From assembly GCA_965153455.1 (NCBI GenBank), contig OZ234494.1, forward strand, positions 5,146,001 to 5,210,000: DNA of 64,000 bases, given 5' to 3'. This DNA is from Sphagnum compactum (taxonomy: Eukaryota). Positions 38,647 to 51,535 of this stretch are shown one piece after another. Both the position numbers and the translations under genes were made by a program. The first letter of the stretch is position 1. Each line of letters starts with the position of its first letter. A model generated the notes under the pieces. It saw nothing but the letters and a program-made list of their open reading frames with translations. It made no database searches and was not told the DNA's origin.

Positions 38647-40950
38647 TAGTGTTTTTTGATTATTAGGTTTTAGGGGGAACCTCAGGTTTTGGTTTTAGAA
38701 AATTTTATGGCGTTGGTTTAGGTTAGGGCTTTTTTTTAAATAAAATAAAATTGGGACCAATTTCAAATTTGGCTTTTTAATGTGAGTGTCAGTTTCAATT
38801 TTGGTTTGTTTTATATTTCAAATCAAGTCAATCTCGCTTTTAGGGTAGGTTAGGGTAAAATTTGGTTCACCTCTTGGTTAGGTTTCACAATGTCAAATGT
38901 AATTGAAAACAATGCAAAAAAATGAAAATTTATTTATATATATTTTTGAATTGTTATAAAGCTTTGACAAAGCCAAATTAAGTGGAATTATAATACTTTT
39001 AAGCTTTAAAAGTATATCCATAATTTCTAATGAATGAAGGACAAATTTTTTTAAGGTGTATGAAAATTTTAACAATGTGTCATCTTTTTTATATTTTTTG
39101 TTTAGTTTCATTTTAACGTACTCAGGACACAAAGTGGATGATAGTGATGAAATTTAAAATTATGATCGTCTAAGCTATTATTGTAAAATAATTGAATTTT
39201 TTTATTCATTGATTTTGATGGGAATCAAATTATATGGAAAAAGTACTTTGTTAAGTGCTATGTCCTTTTCATCCTGAATGGTACATTTGAAAGGATCTTC
39301 ACCCAATCGTACCTTTTTTTATTACCAATTGGTTTTATGTTTCATGCATTTGTATGCCAACTTTGAAATGTGCATCTTGCCACCTTTGAATTCAATCTTC
39401 AAAAACCCCTCCCAATTAGCCCCGAATTTGCCCTCCAAATCACCCTTTCAAAAACCCAAGATCATTAACATCAAAAGGGCAATGGTGACAATTGTTGTTT
39501 GTAGCAATGAAAAGACCATGTTGATGAGGAAGATCATAAGATCATCAAGATGATGAAGGTGATGGTGATATTTGTTGGTTATTACAATAAAGAGACCATG
39601 ATGATGAGAAAGACCATAAGATCACTAAGATTAGGAAGGTGATGGTGACAATTACTACTTGTAGTAATAAGAAGACCATAACAATGACAAGACCACAAGA
39701 TTGTTAAGATTACAAGGGTGATGACAAGAAACTGTTGGTTATAACAAGGGAAAGACCATGACGATGAATAGGACCACAAATTCATAAAGGTGAAGAGGCC
39801 AATGATGGGAATTGGCAAGCTATAACAAGAAGAAGACTGTGACACCAAATAGGACCACAAGATCATCGAGATCAAGAGGGTAACGGTGGGAAATGTTAAC
39901 TATAACAACAAGAAGACCATGACAACAAATAGGACCACAAGATCATCAAGATCAAGAAGGCAATGGTGGGAATCTACTAATTATAACAAAAAGAAGACCA
40001 TGACATCAAATAGGACCACAAAATCATCAAGATCAAGAAGACGATGGTAGATAGAGATTTGCAACAATGAGAAAACTACAATGATGAATAGCCCACAAGA
40101 TCATCAAGATTAGGAAGGTGATGGTGGCAATTACTAGTTGTAGCAATGAGAAGACCATGATGTTGAGTAAGACCACAAGATCATCAAGATGAAAAAGGTG
40201 ATGGTGGCAACTATTCGTTGTAACAATGAGAAGACCATGACAATGAGCAAGACCACAAGATCAAGAAGGCAATGGTGTGTAATTATTGGTTACATTGATC
40301 AAGACCAAGAAAACCATGATAATGATCAAGACCATAAAATGATGAGGGCAATAATGTGTAGCTATTGGTTGCAGCAACAAGAAGATCATGATAACCATGG
40401 CAACTACAATCACAAGATGATAAGATCATGAAGGTGATGGTGGGCAACTAATGACAGTGACTGAGACTGCAAGAAGATGAAGAAGGTGATGGTATAGCTT
40501 GGCAATGGTTGGTTGCAACAACAAGAAGAACACCACAACCACCAATGTGAGGTACAACAAGGAAAAAAACATCACAAACATTAATATAACAAAAAAACCA
40601 GGAAAACAATGGCAATGATGTAGCAAGTAGCAACAACCAATGGAAAGAACATGATAAAAAAAAAAAAGCTTCAAGCTTCAACAACAAGTTGCCACCTTAG
40701 ACCCCTAATGAAAATCCCTAATCCTAGATTGAAACTAGAACCAACAATTTTCCAAAATTGGTTCAATTTTGGTTCTTCAAACCATTAAGAACTGGACCCA
40801 GTTCTGATTTCTCATAAAACAAAAATAAAATAAAATCTTGGGTAGTTCCCAGCCAATTCCTCTAACCTTGCCTAACCTTGGTTCCTACCCGGTTCCACAT
40901 CTTGGACCCAGGTCAGATACCTGGCTAACCTGGGTACCAGCACAACACTG
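38647..40950. mobile_element. Non-autonomous hAT-like element (2.3 kb)
   Basis: Termini TAGTGTT...AACACTG (CAGTGTT type) with 8-bp TSD GTGCCAAC/GTACCAAT (6/8, both differences transitions). Confidence 0.7.
39455..40540. repeat. ~80-bp minisatellite, about 13 degenerate copies, inside the hAT element
   Basis: Unit gaccacaagatcatcaagat..gaaggtgatggtg.caa..a.t.gtt.ta.caa.aagaagaccatga. Confidence 0.85.
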
Positions 40951-43027
40951 GTACCAATGTGGGTGCAGGTTCACCGAATGCAGAGTATTTTAACTTGGAT
41001 TGTTTAAGTAGGAGTTTTACTAGTGATTGTTGCAAATCTGTGGTCCAATTGTTTAGTCAGAATCCAGATGACCTACCCATGACTCATAATCAACAGCTTT
41101 TACTGAATCACTTAATTTGTTTCACAAAATGGGTCTGACAGGCCCAATTTGAATATTTCAAAAATTTCAAAATCAAAAATAGGTCTGCCAAGGCTCCCTT
41201 TAGTTTTGAATTCAGTGTGATAACCTAGCGGTGTCACAAATGCTTGCTTCCTATAGTGTATTACAAAATACTTTACCCTAGAGTCGATTTCCTCATTAAA
41301 TAATCTTTAAAAATATTGAAACAAAATTTCCTAAAAGATGAAGCTGAGGTGTTGAAAACCATCATGGCGGGCTACAATCTGAATAATTTCACTCCTCCTA
41401 TGACAATATCATAGTAGATCATGAAATAATAATAATTTCAAAATTGTTAAAAAAAATAAAATCATTATTTTGTCCATATGGAAATTGACCCTAGGCCAGT
41501 GGGTTTTTTTGGGGTGAATTGTCCCACTGTGGGAGAAAGAAAAGGAAAAAAAAACCCCAGTGCAAATTGCAGAAATATTTCTTTTGGGCGGGAAAAAAAG
41601 AGCCAAAATTGCCATATTTTGACAGAAAAAAAAGTCACATCATTGTCACCATATTTTAGACTACAAATTTGATCGCCAAAACTAGGCAGGATTCTAATCA
41701 AATTTGACTTCACTATCTGACCTGTAGCCAAATTTAGCTCATTTCCTCCTGTGGATGATTGCCAGTCCCCCTACTTGACAAATTTGGGCCCAAAAAAAAA
41801 AAAAAAAAAAAAAACCCTACCGTAGCTAGGCAACCGTAATTTAAAAAAAAAATCCAACTCGCCCTCCTAAAAATTACTTAGTGCTGAACATCAATTGCAG
41901 GCACAGTAATCAAATCAGACTTGGTACTGACTGACATGCAGATGTCTGAGAGTGCTAGGGAAGAAGGACCTTCTTGTCTGCAAGCGGAGTAGATGAGAGG
42001 CAATTGTAGGGTTCATTGTTGTTCTGAATGCAAGAACTTTATTCCTTTGTCTTTCATGCTTGGTTTGCTGAATCCAGGATGCCTGTCACTGGCTTTCCAT
42101 TAGATTGTTGTTTGCGATCACAGTTACAGTGCCTGGACCACCATCTCCGACAGAGGAGATCTTCCACATTTAATAATAGGTGTGTACAGTTGCGCTGCCA
42201 TGCTCTTGAACCTTCCGCAGGCCTTTCCTTTGCTCACGTTCCAAGAAAAGCCATTGCACGCCTTGTTGTTAACGGATCGCCGGGTGGCCGGCCGATTCCG
42301 CCCCTTGAGATAGTCTCGGGAGGCGCCAGAATCGGCCACTTCCTCTGATTCTTCCACTTACCCTTTTGACCTGCCTACTTGTCACTGCGTTTTTGCGCCA
42401 AAGAACGGGTCCTGTGGGGTCGATTATGCCATGCCTGCCTGTGCTAGGGTCGCCTCAGAGACTCACAGTCCTGATGGTTTTTTTTTATAAATTAAATTTT
42501 AATTAAATAAAATAATTATTTAATTAAATTTTTGGTGTGCTTTGGGTGAATTTTCGCACTGTGGCGCGAACTTAATTTTGGAAAAAATTGGAATTTTAAA
42601 ATTTAAAATTTGAAACTGAGAAATTTGAAAAAAAAAAAAAAAAAAACTCTGCCCACAGAGTTTACGGTATCGGTCTTCCTGGAAAATAAGGCATGGATGG
42701 CTATTCTCTATTACGAAAGAGCTTGAATTTGGGCACAGGCAGCACGTCAATTTGCTATGTAAAATTTTAAAGGTGTGTTTGTTTTGGGTCATTTTTAGCA
42801 CTTTCTGGGTTAGCATTTGAATTTGTGGCATATTTCTCACCCAGAAAAGTCAGTTATGGGAATTACTCTCCCTTGCTCCATCTTATTAGGTGATGCTGCT
42901 GGCCACACATGGATAAAAAATCCATGTGTGGCTAATAAGATTGTCAAGTATTTTAAGTATCAAAAGCACAAAAGCACAAATTGAGAAGAACCGTTCTTTT
43001 TGCAAATGCTTGTCACTATTGTATTGA

Positions 43028-44850
43028 CTACTGTGGCACGTTTTGTTGGCGCAAGTGTGATTGTGTAATTGCTCCAAGTGCGAATGATACTTTGACAATA
43101 TTACATTACTTTTTGGTGATGAAAATTATTCAAAATTCAATATCTCTACATGACCTTAGGTCTAAAAGTAACGGAATCACCTCCAAGAAATCCCACTCAT
43201 TGAGGGCTTTCTAGAAACACCAAGATCCTACTACCCTAATTTCCTCAAAAAACTAATAGTTTTGATTTTATTGAATTGTTAATCATAAAATTGTTCAAAT
43301 TCAATAACTCACAATTATTGCACCGTAAGTTTAAACATTATCCAACCACCTTGGAGCACCTCTACTCATCAAGGGCTTTTTCATCATACCAAGTGTGTAA
43401 TAAGGGGCACCATGGTTCGAGAGATCTCAATGTGACAAACAAAACAAACTTCTTTCCTGAATAGATAGACTAGTTTGGCTTGTGCCACTTACTATGTAAT
43501 TGCTCTACATGTGTACACGACTATGTAATTGCTCCAATTGAAAACAGGTGTTAAAATGCAAATTTTTAAGTTTTGAATGTAGAGGTTCTCGGTAGTCATT
43601 TGTCTATTAAAATAAGAAGTCTTGAAAAATCACTTAGCAAGGAGATGTTCCCCTCGCTTGCTGAACATATTTGTTACAAACCATAAGAGTTACTTAGTTT
43701 GGTAACTTTGGTGTGAAGTTTTGAGGTTTCTTGGTGTCGTTTTTGGTTTCTTCAAAAAAAATTGCAATTCTTATTTTCTGAATACTTTAGATTTAGGTAA
43801 CCCTTTTGATTATAACACTAATTTTTAATACACATTTCACTTGAGATTTGTTTTGAATGGTTTTACAAGAGCACTCAAAGAATAAATCCTTGTTGTGAAA
43901 AAAGTATTTAAAATTAATTTTTGATGAAAAAATTACTCAAAATTCTATATTTCCCACAACTTAAGTCTAAAATTTAAAGAATCACTTGCATTAAATCGTA
44001 CTTGTTGAAGGCATTCCAACACTATAAAAAATAGACCCCAATTTCTTACATATATTTAGTTTTAATTTTTACTAAATCTTCTTTCACAAAATTATTTAAT
44101 ATTCAATAACTCTTGCCCCATAAGTTTTAAAATTGCCAAACCACCTTGTGCACCCCTATTCATGGAAGGCTTTCAAAGAGTACCAAGCACATAATAGGGG
44201 CATTGTGGTTTGGGAGATTTCAACATGACAAACAAAACAAACAAAGTACATTCCTTAATATATATACTAGTGTAGTGTGGCCTGTGCCATTGGCCCAAGA
44301 GTGAACTTATTATTATTATTGTTGTTGTTGATTTTTGTTGAACTTTTTATTAAAAGTCCCAATGACAAAGATGTGGCATGTTAATGTCAAAATAAAAAAA
44401 CCATTAGCCCAAGTGTGAACAGAACCTTGACAACAAAACTCAATTCTGAACGACCTATTTTAACTTTTAAATTAATTGGTAGTGACAAAAATTACTCAAA
44501 GTTTCATATCTCCCCCATGTTAGGTTTAAAAATTATGAAATCACCCCCAAGAAATGTCCATTCATCAAGGGCTTTCCAACGGCACCAAGAGCATGCCCCT
44601 ATATCCTTAAAAGGTTTAATATTTTCTTGTGTTGAGATTTCTACGACAAAATGGTTCAATGTGCAATAACTGTGCATCATATGCCTAAGCACTACCAAAC
44701 TAACTAGGTGCACCTGGACTCATTGAAAGCTTTTCAACAATACCAAGAGCACGGTAGCAGGTGTTGTGATATGGGACAACAAACGAAACAAACTAAGTAC
44801 CTTCCTTAATGAATAGACTAGTTTGAACCCCGTGCCTAATGCACAGGTGT
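43028..44850 (-). mobile_element. Head-to-tail array of non-autonomous Helitron-like units (44267-44817, 43470-44266, ~43028-43469, plus the 3' end of a fourth at 44818+)
   Basis: On the minus strand each unit starts TCTAT.TATT.AGGAA..TTTGTTTT (TA.. in the middle unit) and ends with a GC-rich hairpin then CTAG, e.g. cctgtgcattaggcacggggttcaaaCTAG and ggccaatggcacaggccacactacaCTAG. Units share ~300 bp of 5' sequence. Confidence 0.7.
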
Positions 44851-47800
44851 GTTATTTCAACAATGTTTGGTTCATGTTTTAGTTTTTTAAAAAAACTATT
44901 ATCTTTTTTATTTTTTATTTTTATGTGTTTACTGTGTAGTAGTAATTAAAGGTTGTAGTGATTTCAGACCAAAACATGAGCTTTGTACACAGTATGAGAA
45001 TTTCTCTGTAAGCTTCCTCGTGGCCAGTCAACTGCAACTGTTCTCCATGTGAACATTGTGGGCAGCTCAAAAGTGGCAGTTTGTTGGTTTAAAGGTTGAA
45101 AATTTGTACTAGTTTAGTATCTCATCAGTCACCACAGCATTCCTTCATTCATAAATTCGTACATTGTGGTCAGCAGATTTGGGTTGTGGTGTGACTCCTC
45201 CTGCCTCTGTGTGAGCTTGGGTAGCCAGCAAGCAAGCAAAGCCTCTCTTTTGGTGGCTATTTTATTAATAATAGTGTGTATGTATGATAATGGAAGTTAC
45301 TTAAAACTTTTTCCTGGATCAACCCAAACACTTGGCAAACTAACAAACAAACAAACAAACAAACTTTTGCCCCTTGCTTTCTTTGCCAAGAGTCTACTTA
45401 ACTGATGGGGGGGGGCAATCTGGTGCAAATTTAGCAAAGGAACTTGGCTGAGGTTCCTCTCCCTTTTTGGCTAAATAAATCACTACCACTTCTACATTTG
45501 TGGAAGCTTCTACTAAGCAGAAGATGGCTAATTTGGGCTGGATGGAGCCAATTTGGAGCGGAGAATTGTGCCAAAGGGACCTGTTCTGTTTCATGTAAGT
45601 ACTAAAGATCGGGCAATGTTTGGCTCTCCTAGTGAGATCCTGGGCAGACTCTGTGGGGGTGAGAGCCCAGGGTTGAACTGGGAGGCCAGCCACAATCGAC
45701 ACTTACTAATTTGGTGGAATCTGTTTGGCTGTGTCAAGTCCACATGAAAATAGCTTGTTGTCACACACCGTAGTATGCTTACCATTCTGGCAGTAATTAA
45801 ATTATTTTCAATAAATGTCAAACCAAATTTTTTCTTCTCCAAATCAACTGCTCGCAACTCAAAAGTTCTAGAAGTTTTGTTTGACATTACTATTGATGAC
45901 TGGTTGTCCTAAAGCTTGGGTGATGTAGTGTGCCTAAGTCTAAGTACAAAATTACTTTGATATATATATATATTTTCCTCACCTCAACTATGGGATTTTC
46001 AAGAATTTTATTAAATTTTTATTGCCTAAGTGAAAAGAAAAAACCAAAATAAAATAAACATTAGTCAAGAAGAATGCTGGAATGATAAAAGTACTATGGT
46101 AACTAACTACTTATGTCGTAATCCTGCTCACAAATGTTTTCATTTGATTGTTAGTGAATTGTCAAACTACATAGATACATACATCATTGGCTTGAGGGAA
46201 AAGTAGGGGATGCTCAATTTTGCTTTCCATCATGGTGTAGGTTAAACTACCCATTTTGACCCTTTTTCCTCCCACGCAGGCTATCATGCAAAATTAGCTT
46301 GAGGGAGAGGGTAGCAGCATGTTTGGGGTTTTGCTTTAAATTGTTTTTTTCGAAACACCCACAAAAAAAGAGAGAAAGAAGTTTGATTGATTGTGACAAA
46401 AGAGGTTTTGGGTTTTACTTTTAAAGACTCTTTATGGCTAGTGCAACACAATGTGCTTTTTTACTGTTAGCTTAAGCTAGAGTGGCCACTCCCAAAAATA
46501 TTCATTTCATATCTGTTGTCCCAACTGGGAAAAGTATCACGTGAGATAGGTTGTCAACAAAGGCTCTGTGCGGATGCCAAAGAAGTTCTAGAAGCTCTGA
46601 GGAAATAGTGGCAGAATTTTTTGAAAGAATCATCATCATGACCAGACACCATGACAAGAACATTGCAGTGAGAGTAGCCTACTAATAAGTCAGAAACCAG
46701 CTTTAGATTTTTCCTCATAAGCTACTTAAGTGTAATATATCATAAACCTCACTTGTCATCAACCTATCTAGATAGATAAACACACTTGGCATGATTTCAG
46801 CAGAAAGCTTGGAAGACAAGTTTTAGGGAACCGTAGATCACAAAGGAGTCGAGTTCTAGCTACAGAAGTTGTAGTAGCACACCCCCATGATCCTTGATCT
46901 GGAAATCCAGTAGGAATATCCTTACTCCTGTTGGTGTCACTATTCTTGACTTACTTTGTTAAAGTACAGCAAATATGTTAGCTAACATTTTCATTGCTCA
47001 TCCTTTTCATTGCATCCCTTTGTGTGTGTACGTACCTTCATATGGAGAATCAATCAATCCCCACACCAACTCTTTACAATGGCTTGAAACTCGGGTATGA
47101 TGGCTTGAAAACAAAATTTTGGATGAGTTCAGGCTTTTAAAATAGGATGAAATTGAGTTTGAATCTTGTGACATGCACTGCATTCATTCGCAAGAGCAAG
47201 CGGCAGTAAAGAGATATGATTGGGCTTTGATTGGCCGAGATGAATTGAAGCTTTAACTAGGATGAAATTGAGTTTCAACCTTACAACAAGTTCCACGTAG
47301 GTCCAATTTTAGATCGATTCTTTGAATTTCTTAAACCTTTAGTTCCAGTCATTTTCACCCAATCTTAGAATGGATTCTTTGAATTTCTAAAACCTTCAAT
47401 TCCGGTCATTTTCACCAGGATCACATCCCCGGTGCACATGTGATCCTGCTCTTACTCCATTCATGTCTATATTACCTTACCCTAAGGTCAGTTTCGTCAT
47501 TAAATAATCCTCAAAATAAGGAAATGAAATTTTGTTTGTGAGAATATGAAGTTAACATGTTGAAAATCATCATAATTATCAATGGCTATACTCTAAATAT
47601 AATTTCATTACTCATATCACAATATTGTAAATAACAATGATGGAAAAAATAATAATTTCAAATTTTTAAAACGAATTCATTTTTTTCAAAAAACAACAAT
47701 TATTTGTTTTGTCAATGTGGAAACTGACCCTAGGCTACACCACATTATGAAGGATCATATACCAACAGCCTTCCAGGGAAGAAGAAAGCCCAGTTCCAAA

Positions 47801-48328
47801 CAGATAAGTAGAATGAGGGCAAAAACTGAAGAGGGGACAAACAGTTCATTGTGATACCTAATGGTCGGATAGGCAGTTGATGCAAAGAAAAGTAGTGCTA
47901 TCTTGTATAGTACCCTATAACCAACTATATGCGATGACAAAGTGTAAGGTGAAGTCCAAGGCTTTTACTGGATTAAGGGCTCGCACAAGGTGGAACCAAG
48001 CATGGGCCCAATGGAGGAAAAAATATGCTTGATAAAACATGCCATTCAATTACACTAAAAAAATTCAGAGTAGGTCTTTACAATTAGCGACAATGATAAG
48101 GACAATGTATGAATAAACAAATAAATGTGATGAAAAAGGATAAGGAAATGAGAATGAGAGAGAAAATGAGAGCATCTATGGGAAGGACTACCTTATCATT
48201 CTCACATTTTCTTGATGAATATCTTTTTTTTTTCATTTTTACACTTCGGCAATAAATAAATAAATAAATATTTGGAAATTCTTACAGTTGAGGTGGGAAA
48301 AAAAAGCTAAGTAATTGTGCATTACTTG

Positions 48329-48680
48329 GAGCATCTCTAGGGGTACTCAGTCCCTCACCCTGAAAAAGTATTTTTCACATCCAAGTTTTAGTTAATTACT
48401 TTTTGCGAATCACACCCATAAAACTGAAATTGGGACTGTAAATAGGTGGGAGACTAATAATAGCAACTCACCTGGACCAATCAAACTATCTATCTATCCA
48501 AGCAGAAGAAATAGGTATGAGTCAATAAATACGATTTGACTGTGCTTATTAAACTGGTTCAGGGCTTCTCCTTTGCTGCTCTGAAAGCTGTGAATTGTTG
48601 CCAGGGTCACAACAGCCTTTACACCTCATCCAAGATTTTCAGTGCAGGGTCTCACGTACTGAGCACTGGTGGAGATGCTC
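48329..48680. mobile_element. Tourist/PIF-Harbinger-like MITE
   Basis: TIRs GAGCATCTCtag..gtactcag / ctgagcac..GGAGATGCTC, with flanks TTG/TTA (TTA-type TSD). Confidence 0.7.
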
Positions 48681-49556
48681 TTAGGCACACAATACTACCA
48701 AGCTTTAGGGCTAGCGGTCAGTAATGAATTATGGCAAACAAATTTCGAGAGCTTTTGGCAGTGCGAGAAGCTGATTTTGAGGGGGGGAAAAAACAGAATT
48801 TAATGAATATAAAATTTAATTCCTCCAGGGATGGTAAAGATGAAGAAAATTTAGAAAGAAGGTAGCCTAGTACAAATGAGAAGCTGAAGAAAAGAGAGGG
48901 AATGAGAAGAGGACAATGATGTTATAAAGAAGGTGAAAAGATAACATGACAAAAATGATTACTAACAAGAAGCTAAACTTAGTGGGTGATGATAACAAGC
49001 TTTCAATGCCAGACACATTGGGTGAGGACAATAATAAGCAATGAGGAGACTTGTTGGAGGAAGGGAACACAAGAGCTCAATTGGGAAAGAATATACATCA
49101 ATGAAGTGTAATGACAAGTTTTTGAGTATTTCCTCACCATTCTCTCTTGTCCTTTCTTCTCTATTTTTTGGTTATTAAGTTTCCTACTATGGGCATTGTA
49201 AGAGCTTCAATTGCTTTATAATCCTCATGCTTCAATCTCCAAACCCTCTATGCAAAGTAAGGAGTGTTTGGTTTGGCCAATGTGCCCAAGAAAGAGATTA
49301 TGAAGTCATATGTATGTTTGTGCATTGGTTGTTGGTAGTTATTGGGAACATGAATTGAGAACACATCATAATTTTGACTACAATATTGAGAACAAGGTCT
49401 ATAGTTATTCATTTTCGGAAAAACTTCATGTAAAAAGACAAACAGTAATCTTTTGCAAGGGAACTAATGAACATTACCTTTTTTTTTCCCTTTAGTTAAA
49501 GGAAGAGAACATTTTCTTATGCAATGATATACCCTTTTCCACAACCTTCATGGTTG

Positions 49557-49795
49557 TGAAGGATCCCATGCGCCTTCCTCCTATAGGAAATTCATCTTGG
49601 GATTGCTGGAGAGGAACCATTTCCCTTTCCCACGCAACACCCTTGAAGGATCCCACTCCCCTTCCTCCAATAGGAAATTCACCTTGGGATGGGGGAGAGG
49701 ATAGCGAAGAGTCTTGTTTCCGCAACCCTTGAGAGATGATCCCACTCCCTTTGTTCCTATAGGAAATTCACATTTCAACCTTGGAGAGGAAAGCA
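49557..49795. repeat. ~88-bp tandem repeat, 3 copies
   Basis: gatccca...cctt...c.ataggaaattca...ggagagga at ~49562, ~49649, ~49738. Confidence 0.75.
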
Positions 49796-50149
49796 ACCTC
49801 CTTCAGTCTTAATGGAACGGTTTGGGAACGACCGACACGGAATGAACCTAGAAAACCCAAGTTAAAAAAAATTCAACTCAACACAACAAGGCTTATAATT
49901 CCCTTGCCCACAACCTTACCTACAAACAAAAGTCAGCAACCCCATACCAACCAATATATCACATGCCTTTTATTTGTGAGGTCACTATGATGTATGTACT
50001 CTCTATTGTTGTAGGAGAAGTGGTCCCAAGAAAAGGTGAGCTAGAATGGCTTTGGCCACAAAATTATGGTTAAAATGGAACAACCTTCCAATTGTGAACA
50101 CATTGTGGAATCCTCCTCAACCAAATGTAGGCTAGTCACCCCAGATGTG

Positions 50150-50330
50150 CATATGGATTGCTGGTAGAGCCCATTCTGGGCCCTCAAAAAAAAGGTCCCG
50201 AGTTCAAACCCAGAGGTGTGTGTGTAGGTGAAACTTCCTGCCAGCCCTCTGCTCAATGAGCTTGACCTTGGGACATGCCAACCCCTTGTCAGGTTAGGTC
50301 TGCTTTGTTGTGCTCAAAATTAAATTTAAA
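50150..50330 (+). mobile_element. Possible tRNA-derived SINE fragment
   Basis: A-box-like ctggtagagc (~50161) and B-box-like ggtcccgagttcaaaccc (~50193-50210). No full cloverleaf. Confidence 0.35.
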
Positions 50331-51519
50331 AAGAATATTATCTAGCCTAGTGAAAAAATTGTCATAAATTGTCATAGTAACCCCCCTTATAGATGGGGTA
50401 CTATGACAAAGAAATGATCACTTTTGGTGTTATCGCCCTTCATCTTTCCAATCTTCAGCTTTTGCTATGGTTGAGCAAGAAGGGCATTTCTCAATGTGTT
50501 TATCAAAAATATATGAATTATTCGGCGGTTAATTGCAGAATCGGATCGGATTGAGGGCTATATGGTAATGGCCACAAAGCTTTTAGCTACAATAGCAATT
50601 AATCCATGTCAATCCAATAGCCAATAATAATGCTGCTTTGTTTCCTTCAATATTGTGATGTAGCCAAAGTGATAGTCCTAGACAAGAAGATATAGCCAAA
50701 AATTGATCTATAAATAAACCCAGATATAAAAGTTTTAAAAAAATTTAAGCATACTTCCTTCTATGTTAAATATCTTCTAGAACATACCATGAAAGTCCAG
50801 CAATTTTTAAAATTCTTTTTCTTCAAAATCTTTGGGCCATTTCTTTCATTTAATTTTTTAAAAAAATCCTTTGAATAGGTCCAAAATTAGGGTCAGCAAT
50901 GATGTCAAATGGGTGCCTCCCTCCCACCCACACCCAACATCCATTACAAAGAAAACAGAGATACTTATTATATCCCCCCCCCTTTTTTCTTTTTTTCTTT
51001 TGAGCATTAGATGCTTTTGGAGCTTTTGAAAAAAGGGTTTTGGAACATAGAACTTTTGGAAAATGGGGGGCAGGGGAAAAAAAAAAAGGAGAAAAAAACA
51101 CTATTCAGGAGGAAAAACAATCTGCACTCTGGGTGTTGAATAATTATTTTTATTTTTCAAAATCCACTTTGGTAGTTTCTTAAAAAAAAAAAAATCTAAC
51201 TTCAGCAATCAATAAATAGGCAGCTTCTTTGGCAGGTTTCTTGGACTCTAAACCTCTTCTAACATAATAATGAGACCAATTTATTTATTATTTTTTTCTT
51301 CTCTCCTTTATAATTTCCTTAAATTTAAATTAACTTTTTTTCAAATTAATGTTTTTTAAATTTTTTAAAAATTGATATTTCCAAAAACAATTGAATTACT
51401 GCCAAACCTGAAAAAGTACTCTGGTGATAACTTAACCATAATAATAATAAGAATAATAATAAAAAGACTAGTACCTAGTTTGTTCTTCATGAAAGGAAGC
51501 CACAACCACTCCCGCTGAC

Positions 51520-51535
51520 AACAGTATATAGTACT
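51520..51535 (+). promoter_or_regulatory. Candidate TATA box of the ABCG gene
   Basis: cagTATATAgta followed by CT-rich/CA-repeat sequence typical of plant 5' UTRs, ~1.15 kb upstream of the ATG. Confidence 0.3.

Larger units (their letters stand above)
38466..40975. mobile_element. MITE (same family as 15452-15720) carrying a nested hAT insertion
   Basis: TIRs ggtgaactagcactgaccgttggtacc / ggtaccaatgtgggtgcaggttcacc. Internal tacctttttgagtgagg is shared with the 15.5-kb copy. Confidence 0.7.

Noticed and set aside
39455-40540. CRISPR-like periodicity
   Set aside because: Whole units are homologous with no unique spacers, the context is eukaryotic and there are no cas genes. It is a minisatellite.
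46185-46320. gcttgagggagag repeat and weak hairpin resembling a miR477 complement
   Set aside because: Only a partial match and no well-paired miRNA/miRNA* duplex.
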